From the human T2T-CHM13v2.0 reference genome, Homo sapiens: a stretch of DNA of 64,000 nucleotides. Of this stretch, positions 28,832 to 43,241 are shown in pieces. The stretch lies in the NCBI RefSeq assembly GCF_009914755.1, contig NC_060939.1. One strand, written 5' to 3'. Each line of letters begins with the position of its first letter. Position 1 is the first letter of the stretch. The position numbers were made by a program, and so were the translations under genes. The notes below the pieces were generated by a model, which saw nothing but the letters and a program-made list of their open reading frames with translations, did no database searches and was not told the origin of the DNA.

Positions 28832-31800
28832 TTGAGTCCATTCAATTCCATTCCTTTCGTTTCCATTCCATTTGATGCCATTCCATTCAATTCTGTTCTA
28901 CTCGACTCCAATACATTCAATTCCATTCCATCCGATTCCATTACATTCTTTTCATTTCTTATCCATTTCAAGCCATTCCACTCCATTCCATTCCACTCGT
29001 TTCCTTTCCATTCGAGTCCATTCCTCTCCAGTCCATTCCGTTCAATCCATTCCATTCCAGTCCATTCCATTCGAGTCCGTTCCATTCCAGTCCATTCCAT
29101 TCGAGTCAATTCCATTCCATTCGATGTCTTTCCATAACGATCCATTCCATTCTATTCCTTTCGATTCCATTCCATTCTATTTCATTCCATTCGATTCCCT
29201 TCCATTGGACTCCTTTCCATTCGAGTGCATTCCATTCCGTTCCATTTCTTTCCGTTCTGTACGATTCCTACCGTTCGATTTCATTTTGTTCCAGTCCATT
29301 CCTTTCGCGTCCATTCCATTCCATTTCACTACATTCGATTCCATTCCATTCGATTCCATTCTACTCGATTCCACTTCGTTCCATTTCATTGCATTCCATT
29401 CTATTCAACTCTATTGCCTTCCATTCCATTCCATTCGATTACATTCCATGCGATTCCATTCGAAATCGAATCAATTACATTGCAATCCATTACTATTGAG
29501 TCCGTTTTATTCCAGTCCACTGCTTTCTGGTCCATTCCATTTGATTCCATTCCATTCTATTCCATTCCATACAGTTGCATTCCATTGGATTCCATGCTAT
29601 ATCTATAAATTCAATTCGAGACCATTGCTTTTGAGTCCATTCTATATGATTCCATTCCATTCAAGTCCATTACATTTGGTTCAATTCCATTCCATTCCAT
29701 TCCCTTCCATTCCATTCCATTTGATATCAATCCATTCGATTCCATTCCATTCGAGCACATTCCATTCGAGTCCATTCCATTCGATGCCATTCCATTTGAT
29801 TCTATTCCATTAGTCTCCATTCAATTCCATTAATCTCCATTCCATTCCATTCTACTCCAACTGATTCCATTCCATTCTATTCCTTTCCATTCCATTTCAT
29901 TGCATTCCATTCCATTTCATTCCATTCCATTCCATTCGTGTCCATTCCACTCCAGTCCATTCCATTCGTGTCCATTCCATTCCAGTCCATTCCATTTGTG
30001 TCCACTGCATTCCATTCCACTCCATTCCATATTATTCCATTACACTCCATTCCATTCTATTACTTTCATTTCCATTCAATTCCATTCCATTTGATTCCAT
30101 TCCACTCGGTTTCATTCCATTTGAGTCCACTCCATTCCATTCCATTCCATTCCATTCAGTTCCATTCCATTCTGTTCCATTCCATTCCGTTCCATTACAT
30201 TCCATTCCATTCGGTACCATTCCATATTGTTCCATTCGATTCCATTCGAATCCATTCCATTCCAGTCCATTCCATTCGATTCCATTCCATTCATTTCAAT
30301 TCCATTCCATTCCATTCCATTACATTCCACTTGATTCCTCTCCATTCCCTTCCACTGCATTCCGTTCGATTCCATTCCATCGCATTGCATTCCATTCCAT
30401 TGGATTGCATTCCATTCGATTCCATTCCATTCGAATCAATTACATAGCAATCCATTACATTCGAGTCTATTCTCTTCCGTTCCATTCGATTTCGTTCCAA
30501 TCCATTTGATTCCATTCCATTCGATTCCATTCCATACTATTGCATTCCATTCGATTACATTATATTCGAATAAGTTCCATTCAAGACCATTTCTTTTGAG
30601 TCCATTCTATTTGAGTCCATTCCCTTTGATTCCATAACATTTGAGTCCATTCAATTCCATTCCTTTCGTTTCCATTCCATTTGATGCCATTCCATTCAAT
30701 TCTGTTCTACTCGACTCCAATACATTCAATTCCATTCCATCCGATTCCATTACATTCTTTTCATTTCTTATCCATTTCAAGCCATTCCACTCCATTCCAT
30801 TCCACTCGTTTCCATTCCATTCGAGTCCATTCCTCTCCAGTCCATTCCGTTCAATCCATTCCATTCCAGTCCATTCCATTCGAGTCCGTTCCATTCCAGT
30901 CCATTCCATTCGAGTCAATTCCATCCCATTCGATGTCTTTCCATAACGATCCATTCCATTCTATTCCTTTTGATTCCATTCCATTCTATTTCATTCCATT
31001 CGATTCCCTTCCATTGGACTCCTTTCCATTCGAGTGCATTCCATTCCGTTCCATTTCTTTCCGTTCTGTACGATTCCTACCGTTCGATTTCATTTTGTTC
31101 CAGTCCATTCCTTTCGCGTCCATTCCATTCCATTTCACTCCATTCGATTCCATTCCACTCGATTCCACTTCGTTCCATTTCATTGCATTCCATTCTATTC
31201 AACTCTATTGCCTTCCATTCCATTCCATTCGATTACATTCCATGCGATTCCATTCGAAATCGAATCAATTACATTGCAATCCATTACTATTGAGTCCATT
31301 TCATTCCAGTCCACTGCATTCTGGTCCATTCCGTTTGATTCCATTCCATTCTATTCCATTCCATACAGTTGCATTCCATTGGATTCCATTCTATATCTAT
31401 AAATTCAATTCGAGACCATTGCTTTTGAGTCCATTCTATATGATTCCATTCCATTCATTTCCATTACATTTGGTTCAATTCCATTCCATTCCATTCCCTT
31501 CCATTCCATTCCAGTTGATATCAATCCATTCGATTCCATTCCATTCGAGCACATTCCATTCGAGTCCATTCCATTCGATGCCATTCCATTTGATTCTATT
31601 CCATTAGTCTCCATTCAATTCCATTAATCTCCATTCCATTCCATTCTACTCCAACTGATTCCATTCCATTCTATTCCTTTCCATTCCATTTCATTCCATT
31701 CCATTCCATTTCATTCCATTCCATTCCATTCCATTCCATTCCATTCGCTTCCATTCCATTCGTGTCCATTCCATTCCAGTCCATTCCATTTGTGTCCACT

Positions 31801-34800
31801 GCATTCCATTCCACTCCATTCCATATTATTCCATTACACTCCATTCCATTCTATTACTTTCATTTCCATTCAATTCCATTCCATTTGATTCCATTCCACT
31901 CGGTTTCATTCCATTTGAGTCCACTCCATTCCATTCCATTCCATTCCATTCAGTTCCATTCCATTCTGTTCCATTCCATTCCGTTCCATTACATTCCATT
32001 CCATTCGGTACCATTCCATATTGTTCCATTCGATTCCATTCGAATCCATTCCATTCCAGTCCATTCCATTCGATTCCATTCCATTCATTTCAATTCCATT
32101 CCATTCCATTCCATTACATTCCACTTGATTCCTCTCCATTCCCTTCCACTGCATTCCGTTCGATTCCATTCCATTGCATTGCATTCCATTCCATTGGATT
32201 GCATTCCATTCGATTCCATTCCATTCGAATCAATTACATAGCAATCCATTACATTCGAGTCTATTCTATTCCGTTCCATTCGATTTCGTTCCAATCCATT
32301 CGATTCCATTCCATTCGATTCCCTTCCATACTATTGCATTCCATTCGATTACATTATATTCGAATAAGTTCCATTCAAGACCATTTCTTTTGAGTCCATT
32401 CTATTTGAGTCCATTCCCTTTGATTCCATAACATTTGAGTCCATTCAATTCCATTCCTTTCGTTTCCATTCCATTTGATGCCATTCCATTCAATTCTGTT
32501 CTACTCGACTCCAATACATTCAATTCCATTCCATCCGATTCCATTACATTCTTTTCATTTCTTATCCATTTCAAGCCATTCCACTCCATTCCATTCCACT
32601 CGTTTCCTTTCCATTCGAGTCCATTCCTCTCCAGTCCATTCCGTTCAATCCTTTCCATTCCAGTCCATTCCATTCGAGTCCGTTCCATTCCAGTCCATTC
32701 CATTCGAGTCAATTCCATTCCATTCGATGTCTTTCCATAACGATCCATTCCATTCTATTCCTTTCGATTCCATTCCATTCTATTTCATTCCATTCGATTC
32801 CCTTCCATTGGACTCCTTTCCATTCGAGTGCATTCCATTCCTTTCCATTTCTTTCCGTTCTGTACGATTCCTACCGTTCGATTTCATTTTGTTCCAGTCC
32901 ATTCCTTTCGCGTCCATTCCATTCCATTTCACTCCATTCGATTCCATTCCACTCGATTCCACTTCGTTCCATTTCATTGCATTCCATTCTATTCAACTCT
33001 ATTGATTTCATTCCATTCCATTTGATTACATTCCATGCAATTCCATTCGAAATCGGATCAATTACATTGCAATCCATTACTATTGAGTCCGTTTTATTCC
33101 AGTCCACTGCATTCTGGTCCATTCCATTTGATTCCATTCCATTCTATTCCATTCCATACAGTTGCATTCCATTGGATTCCATGCTATATCTATAAATTCA
33201 ATTCGAGACCATTGCTTTTGAGTCCATTCTATATGATTCCATTCCATTCAAGTCCATTGCATTTGGTTCAATTCCATTCCATTCCATTCCCTTCCATTCC
33301 ATTCCATTTGATATCAATCCATTCGATTCCATTCCATTCGAGCACATTCCATTCGAGTCCATTCCATTCGATGCCATTCCATTTGATTCTATTCCATTAG
33401 TCTCCATTCAATTCCATTAATCTCCATTCCATTCCATTCTACTCCAACTGATTCCATTCCATTCTATTCCTTTCCATTCCATTTCATTCCATTCCATTCC
33501 ATTTCATTCCATTCCATTCCATTCGCGTCCATTCCACTCCAGTCCATTCCATTCGTGTCCATTCCATTCCAGTCCATTCCATTTGTGTCCACTGCATTCC
33601 ATTCCACTCCATTCCATATGATTCCATTACACTCCATTCCATTCTATTACTTTCATTTCCATTCAATTCCATTCCATTTGATTCCATTCCACTCGGTTTC
33701 ATTCCATTTGAGTCCACTCCATTCCATTCCATTCCATTCCATTCAGTTCCATTCCATTCTGTTCCATTCCATTCCGTTCCATTACATTCCATTCCATTCG
33801 GTACCATTCCATATTGTTCCATTCGATTCCATTCGAATCCATTCCATTCCAGTCCATTCCATTCGATTCCATTCCATTCATTTCAATTCCATTCCATTCC
33901 ATTCCATTACATTCCACTTGATTCCTCTCCATTCCCTTCCACTGCATTCCGTTCGATTCCATTCCATTGCATTGCATTCCATTCCATTGGATTGCATTCC
34001 ATTCGATTCCATTCCATTCGAATCAATTACATAGCAATCCATTACATTCGAGTCTATTCTCTTCCGATCCATTCGATTTCGTTCCAATCCATTCGATTCC
34101 ATTCCATTCGATTCCATTCCATACTATTGCATTCCATTCGATTACATTATATTCGAATAAGTTCCATTCAAGACCATTTCTTTTGAGTCCATTCTATTTG
34201 AGTCCATTCCCTTTGATTCCATAACATTTGAGTCCATTCAATTCCATTCCTTTCGTTTCCATTCCATTTGATGCCATTCCATTCAATTCTGTTCTACTCG
34301 ACTCCAATACATTCAATTCCATTCCATCCGATTCCATTACATTCTTTTCATTTCTTATCCATTTCAAGCCATTCCACTCCATTCCATTCCACTCGTTTCC
34401 TTTCCATTCGAGTCCATTCCTCTCCAGTCCATTCCGTTCAATCCATTCCATTCCAGTCCATTCCATTCGAGTCCGTTCCATTCCAGTCCATTCCATTCGA
34501 GTCAATTCCATTCCATTCGATGTCTTTCCATAACGATCCATTCCATTCTATTCCTTTCGATTCCATTCCATTCTATTTCATTCCATTCGATTCCCTTCCA
34601 TTGGACTCCTTTCCATTCGAGTGCATTCCATTCCGTTCCATTTCTTTCCGTTCTGTACGATTCCTACCGTTCGATTTCATTTTGTTCCAGTCCATTCCTT
34701 TCGCGTCCATTCCATTCCATTTCACTACATTCGATTCCATTCCATTCGATTCCATTCTACTCGATTCCACTTCGTTCCATTTCATTGCATTCCATTCTAT

Positions 34801-37800
34801 TCAACTCTATTGCCTTCCATTCCATTCCATTCGATTACATTCCATGCGATTCCATTCGAAATCGAATCAATTACATTGCAATCCATTACTATTGAGTCCG
34901 TTTTATTCCAGTCCACTGCTTTCTGGTCCATTCCATTTGATTCCATTCCATTCTATTCCATTCCATACAGTTGCATTCCATTGGATTCCATGCTATATCT
35001 ATAAATTCAATTCGAGACCATTGCTTTTGAGTCCATTCTATATGATTCCATTCCATTCAAGTCCATTACATTTGGTTCAATTCCATTCCATTCCATTCCC
35101 TTCCATTACATTCCATTTGATATCAATCCATTCGATTCCATTCCATTCGAGCACATTCCATTCGAGTCCATTCCATTCGATGCCATTCCATTTGATTCTA
35201 TTCCATTAGTCTCCATTCAATTCCATTAATCTCCATTCCATTCCATTCTACTCCAACTGATTCCATTCCATTCTATTCCTTTCCATTCCATTTCATTGCA
35301 TTCCATTCCATTTCATTCCATTCCATTCCATTCGTGTCCATTCCACTCCAGTCCATTCCATTCGTGTCCATTCCATTCCAGTCCATTCCATTTGTGTCCA
35401 CTGCATTCCATTCCACTCCATTCCATATTATTCCATTACAATCCATTCCATTCTATTACTTTCATTTCCATTCAATTCCATTCCATTTGATTCCATTCCA
35501 CTCGGTTTCATTCCATTTGAGTCCACTCCATTCCATTCCATTCCATTCCATTCAGTTCCATTCCATTCTGTTCCATTCCATTCCGTTCCATTACATTCCA
35601 TTCCATTCGGTACCATTCCATATTGTTCCATTCGATTCCATTCGAATCCATTCCATTCCAGTCCATTCCATTCGATTCCATTCCATTCATTTCAATTCCA
35701 TTCCATTCCATTCCATTCCATTCCACTTGATCCCTCTCCATTCCCTTCCACTGCATTCCGTTCGATTCCATTCCATTGCATTGCATTCCATTCCATTGGA
35801 TTGCATTCCATTCCATTCCATTCCATTCGAATCAATTACATAGCAATCCATTACATTCGAGTCTATTCTATTCCGTTCCATTCGATTTCGTTCCAATCCA
35901 TTCGATTCCATTCCATTCGATTCCATTCCATACTATTGCATTCCATTCGATTAGATTATATTCGAATAAGTTCCATTCAAGACCATTTCTTTTGAGTCCA
36001 TTCTATTTGAGTCCATTCCCTTTGATTCCATAACATTTGAGTCCATTCAATTCCATTCCTTTCGTTTCCATTCCATTTGATGCCATTCCATTCAATTCTG
36101 TTCTACTCGACTCCAATACATTCAATTCCATTCCATCCGATTCCATTACATTCTTTTCATTTCTTATCCATTTCAAGCCATTCCACTCCATTCCATTCCA
36201 CTCGTTTCCTTTCCATTCGAGTCCATTCCTCTCCAGTCCATTCCGTTCAATCCATTCCATTCCAGTCCATTCCATTCGAGTCCGTTCCATTCCAGTCCAT
36301 TCCATTCGAGTCAATTCCATTCCATTCGATGTCTTTCCATAACGATCCATTCCATTCTATTCCTTTCGATTCCATTCCATTCTATTTCATTCCATTCGAT
36401 TCCCTTCCATTGGACTCCTTTCCATTCGAGTGCATTCCATTCCTTTCCATTTCTTTCCGTTCTGTACGATTCCTACCGTTCGATTTCATTTTGTTCCAGT
36501 CCATTCCTTTCGCGTCCATTCCATTCCATTTCACTACATTCGATTCCATTCCATTCGATTCCATTCTACTCGATTCCACTTCGTTCCATTTCATTGCATT
36601 CCATTCTATTCAACTCTATTGCCTTCCATTCCATTCCATTCGATTACATTCCATGCGATTCCATTCGAAATCGAATCAATTACATTGCAATCCATTACTA
36701 TTGAGTCCGTTTTATTCCAGTCCACTGCTTTCTGGTCCATTCCATTTGATTCCATTCCATTCTATTCCATTCCATACAGTTGCATTCCATTGGATTCCAT
36801 GCTATATCTATAAATTCAATTCGAGACCATTGCTTTTGAGTCCATTCTATATGATTCCATTCCATTCAAGTCCATTACATTTGGTTCAATTCCATTCCAT
36901 TCCATTCCCTTCCATTCCATTCCATTTGATATCAATCCATTCGATTCCATTCCATTCGAGCACATTCCATTCGAGTCCATTCCATTCGATGCCATTCCAT
37001 TTGATTCTATTCCATTAGTCTCCATTCAATTCCATTAATCTCCATTCCATTCCATTCTACTCCAACTGATTCCATTCCATTCTATTCCTTTCCATTCCAT
37101 TTCATTCCATTCCATTCCATTTCATTCCATTCCATTCCATTCGTGTCCATTCCACTCCAGTCCATTCCATTCGTGTCCATTCCATTCCAGTCCATTCCAT
37201 TTGTGTCCACTGCATTCCATTCCACTCCATTCCATATTATTCCATTACACTCCATTCCATTCTATTACTTTCATTTCCATTCAATTCCATTCCATTTGAT
37301 TCCATTCCACTCGGTTTCATTCCATTTGAGTCCACTCCATTCCATTCCATTCCATTCCATTCAGTTCCATTCCATTCTGTTCCATTCCATTCCGTTCCAT
37401 TACATTCCATTCCATTCGGTACCATTCCATATTGTTCCATTCGATTCCATTCGAATCCATTCCATTCCAGTCCATTCCATTCGATTCCATTCCATTCATT
37501 TCAATTCCATTCCATTCCATTCCATTACATTCCACTTGATTCCTCTCCATTCCCTTCCACTGCATTCCGTTCGATTCCATTCCATTGCATTGCATTCCAT
37601 TCCATTGGTTTGCATTCCATTCGATTCCATTCCATTCGAATCAATTACATAGCAATCTATTACATTCGAGTCTATTCTATTCCGTTCCATTCGATTTCGT
37701 TCCAATCCATTCGATTCCATTCCATTCGATTCCATTCCATACTATTGCATTCCATTCGATTACATTATATTCGAATAAGTTCCATTCAAGACCATTTCTT

Positions 37801-40800
37801 TTGAGTCCATTCTATTTGAGTCCATTCCCTTTGATTCCATAACATTTGAGTCCATTCAATTCCATTCCTTTCGTTTCCATTCCATTTGATGCCATTCCAT
37901 TCAATTCTGTTCTACTCGACTCCAATACATTCAATTCCATTCCATCCGATTCCATTACATTCTTTTCATTTCTTATCCATTTCAAGCCATTCCACTCCAT
38001 TCCATTCCACTCGTTTCCTTTCCATTCGAGTCCATTCCTCTCCAGTCCATTCCGTTCAATCCATTCCATTCCAGTCCATTCCATTCGAGTCCGTTCCATT
38101 CCAGTCCATTCCATTCGAGTCAATTCCATTCCATTCGATGTCTTTCCATAACGATCCATTCCATTCTATTCCTTTCGATTCCATTCCATTCTATTTCATT
38201 CCATTCGATTCCCTTCCATTGGACTCCTTTCCATTCGAGTGCATTCCATTCCTTTCCATTTCTTTCCGTTCTGTACGATTCCTACCGTTCGATTTCATTT
38301 TGTTCCAGTCCATTCCTTTCGCGTCCATTCCATTCCATTTCACTCCATTCGATTCCATTCCACTCGATTCCACTTCGTTCCATTTCATTGCATTCCATTC
38401 TATTCAACTCTATTGCCTTCCATTCCATTCCATTCAATTACATTCCATGCGATTCCATTCGAAATCGAATCAATTACATTGCAATCCATTACTATTGAGT
38501 CCGTTTTATTCCAGTCCACTGCATTCTGGTCCATTCCATTTGATTCCATTCCATTCTATTCCATTCCATACAGTTGCATTCCATTGGATTCCATTCTATA
38601 TCTATAAATTCAATTCGAGACCATTGCTTTTGAGTCCATTCTATATGATTCCATTCCATTCATTTCCATTACATTTGGTTCAATTCCATTCCATTCCATT
38701 CCCTTCCATTCCATTCCAGTTGATATCAATCCATTCGATTCCATTCCATTCGAGCACATTCCATTCGAGTCCATTCCATTCGATGCCATTCCATTTGATT
38801 CTATTCCATTAGTCTCCATTCAATTCCATTAATCTCCATTCCATTCCATTCTACTCCAACTGATTCCATTCCATTCTATTCCTTTCCATTCCATTTCATT
38901 CCATTCCATTCCATTTCATTCCATTCCATTCCATTCCATTCCATTCCATTCGCTTCCATTCCATTCGTGTCCATTCCATTCCAGTCCATTCCATTTGTGT
39001 CCACTGCATTCCATTCCACTCCATTCCATATTATTCCATTACACTCCATTCCATTCTATTACTTTCATTTCCATTCAATTCCATTCCATTTGATTCCATT
39101 CCACTCGGTTTCATTCCATTTGAGTCCACTCCATTCCATTCCATTCCATTCCATTCAGTTCCATTCCATTCTGTTCCATTCCATTCCGTTCCATTACATT
39201 CCATTCCATTCGGTACCATTCCATATTGTTCCATTCGATTCCATTCGAATCCATTCCATTCCAGTCCATTCCATTCGATTCCATTCCATTCATTTCAATT
39301 CCATTCCATTCCATTCCATTCCATTCCACTTGATTCCTCTCCATTCCCTTCCACTGCATTCCGTTCGATTCCATTCCATTGCATTGCATTCCATTCCATT
39401 GGATTGCATTCCATTCGATTCCATTCCATTCGAATCAATTACATAGCAATCCATTACATTCGAGTCTATTCTATTCCGTTCCATTCGATTTCGTTCCAAT
39501 CCATTCGATTCCATTCCATTCGATTCCCTTCCATACTATTGCATTCCATTCGATTACATTATATTCGAATAAGTTCCATTCAAGACCATTTCGTTTGAGT
39601 CCATTCTATTTGAGTCCATTCCCTTTGATTCCATAACATTTGAGTCCATTCAATTCCATTCCTTTCGTTTCCATTCCATTTGATGCCATTCCATTCAATT
39701 CTGTTCTACTCGACTCCAATACATTCAATTCCATTCCATCCGATTCCATTACATTCTTTTCATTTCTTATCCATTTCAAGCCATTCCACTCCATTCCATT
39801 CCACTCGTTTCCTTTCCATTCGAGTCCATTCCTCTCCAGTCCATTCCGTTCAATCCTTTCCATTCCAGTCCATTCCATTCGAGTCCGTTCCATTCCAGTC
39901 CATTCCATTCGAGTCAATTCCATTCCATTCGATGTCTTTCCATAACGATCCATTCCATTCTATTCCTTTCGATTCCATTCCATTCTATTTCATTCCATTC
40001 GATTCCCTTCCATTGGACTCCTTTCCATTCGAGTGCATTCCATTCCTTTCCATTTCTTTCCGTTCTGTACGATTCCTACCGTTCGATTTCATTTTGTTCC
40101 AGTCCATTCCTTTCGCGTCCATTCCATTCCATTTCACTCCATTCGATTCCATTCCACTCGATTCCACTTCGTTCCATTTCATTGCATTCCATTCTATTCA
40201 ACTCTATTGCTTTCATTCCATTCCATTTGATTACATTCCATGCAATTCCATTCGAAATCGGATCAATTACATTGCAATCCATTACTATTGAGTCCATTTT
40301 ATTCCAGTCCACTGCATTCTGGTCCATTCCATTTGATTCCATTCCATTCTATTCCATTCCATACAGTTGCATTCCATTGGATTCCATGCTATATCTATAA
40401 ATTCAATTCGAGACCATTGCTTTTGAGTCCATTCTATATGATTCCATTCCATTCAAGTCCATTACATTTGGTTCAATTCCATTCCATTCCATTCCCTTCC
40501 ATTCCATTCCATTTGATATCAATCCATTCGATTCCATTCCATTCGAGCACATTCCATTCGAGTCCATTCCATTCGATGCCATTCCATTTGATTCTATTCC
40601 ATTAGTCTCCATTCAATTCCATTAATCTCCATTCCATTCCATTCTACTCCAACTGATTCCATTCCATTCTATTCCTTTCCATTCCATTTCATTCCATTCC
40701 ATTCCATTTCATTCCATTCCATTCCATTCGCGTCCATTCCACTCCAGTCCATTCCATTCGTGTCCATTCCATTCCAGTCCATTCCACTTGTGTCCACTGC

Positions 40801-43241
40801 ATTCCATTCCACTCCATTCCATATTATTCCATTACACTCCATTCCATTCTATTACTTTCATTTCCATTCAATTCCATTCCATTTGATTCCATTCCACTCG
40901 GTTTCATTCCATTTGAGTCCACTCCATTCCATTCCATTCCATTCCATTCAGTTCCATTCCATTCTGTTCCATTCCATTCCGTTCCATTACATTCCATTCC
41001 ATTCGGTACCATTCCATATTGTTCCATTCGATTCCATTCGAATCCATTCCATTCCAGTCCATTCCATTCGATTCCATTCCATTCATTTCAATTCCATTCC
41101 ATTCCATTCCATTACATTCCACTTGATTCCTCTCCATTCCCTTCCACTGCATTCCGTTCGATTCCATTCCATTGCATTGCATTCCATTCCATTGGATTGC
41201 ATTCCTTTCGATTCCATTCCATTCGAATCAATTACATAGCAATCCATTACATTCGAGTCTATTCTCTTCCGTTCCATTCGATTTCGTTCCAATCCATTCG
41301 ATTCCATTCCATTCGATTCCATTCCATACTATTGCATTCCATTCGATTACATTATATTCGAATAAGTTCCATTCAAGACCATTTCTTTTGAGTCCATTCT
41401 ATTTGAGTCCATTCCCTTTGATTCCATAACATTTGAGTCCATTCAATTCCATTCCTTTCGTTTCCATTCCATTTGATGCCATTCCATTCAATTCTGTTCT
41501 ACTCGACTCCAATACATTCAATTCCATTCCATCCGATTCCATTACATTCTTTTCATTTCTTATCCATTTCAAGCCATTCCACTCCATTCCATTCCACTCG
41601 TTTCCTTTCCATTCGAGTCCATTCCTCTCCAGTCCATTCCGTTCAATCCATTCCATTCCAGTCCATTCCATTCGAGTCCGTTCCATTCCAGTCCATTCCA
41701 TTCGAGTCAATTCCATCCCATTCGATGTCTTTCCATAACGATCCATTCCATTCTATTCCTTTTGATTCCATTCCATTCTATTTCATTCCATTCGATTCCC
41801 TTCCATTGGACTCCTTTCCATTCGAGTGCATTCCATTCCGTTCCATTTCTTTCCGTTCTGTACGATTCCTACCGTTCGATTTCATTTTGTTCCAGTCCAT
41901 TCCTTTCGCGTCCATTCCATTCCATTTCACTACATTCGATTCCATTCCATTCGATTCCATTCTACTCGATTCCACTTCGTTCCATTTCATTGCATTCCAT
42001 TCTATTCAACTCTATTGCCTTCCATTCCATTCCATTCGATTACATTCCATGCGATTCCATTCGAAATCGAATCAATTACATTGCAATCCATTACTATTGA
42101 GTCCGTTTTATTCCAGTCCACTGCTTTCTGGTCCATTCCATTTGATTCCATTCCATTCTATTCCATTCCATACAGTTGCATTCCATTGGATTCCATGCTA
42201 TATCTATAAATTCAATTCGAGACCATTGCTTTTGAGTCCATTCTATATGATTCCATTCCATTCAAGTCCATTACATTTGGTTCAATTCCATTCCATTCCA
42301 TTCCCTTCCATTACATTCCATTTGATATCAATCCATTCGATTCCATTCCATTCGAGCACATTCCATTCGATTCCATTCCATTCGATGCCATTCCATTTGA
42401 TTCTATTCCATTAGTCTCCATTCAATTCCATTAATCTCCATTCCATTCCATTCTACTCCAACTGATTCCATTCCATTCTATTCCTTTCCATTCCATTTCA
42501 TTCCATTCCATTCCATTTCATTCCATTCCATTCCATTCGTGTCCATTCCACTCCAGTCCATTCCATTCGTGTCCATTCCATTCCAGTCCATTCCATTTGT
42601 GTCCACTGCATTCCATTCCACTCCATTCCATATTATTCCATTACACTCCATTCCATTCTATTACTTTCATTTCCATTCAATTCCATTCCATTTGATTCCA
42701 TTCCACTCGGTTTCATTCCATTTGAGTCCACTCCATTCCATTCCATTCCATTCCATTCAGTTCCATTCCATTCTGTTCCATTCCATTCCATTCCATTACA
42801 TTCCATTCCATTCGGTACCATTCCATATTGTTCCATTCGATTCCATTCGAATCCATTCCATTCCAGTCCATTCCATTCGATTCCATTCCATTCATTTCAA
42901 TTCCATTCCATTCCATTCCATTACATTCCACTTGATTCCTCTCCATTCCCTTCCACTGCATTCCGTTCGATTCCATTCCATTGCATTGCATTCCATTCCA
43001 TTGGATTGCATTCCTTTCGATTCCATTCCATTCGAATCAATTACATAGCAATCCATTACATTCGAGTCTATTCTCTTCCGTTCCATTCGATTTCGTTCCA
43101 ATCCATTCGATTCCATTCCATTCGATTCCATTCCATACTATTGCATTCCATTCGATTACATTATATTCGAATAAGTTCCATTCAAGACCATTTCTTTTGA
43201 GTCCATTCTATTTGAGTCCATTCCCTTTGATTCCATAACAT
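28832..43241 (+). repeat. Four-unit higher-order duplication, period 7205 bp
   Basis: The unit-length series 1809,1794,1793,1809 occurs twice in a row (28832-36036, 36037-43241), with matching indels and several matching SNVs. Confidence 0.8.
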
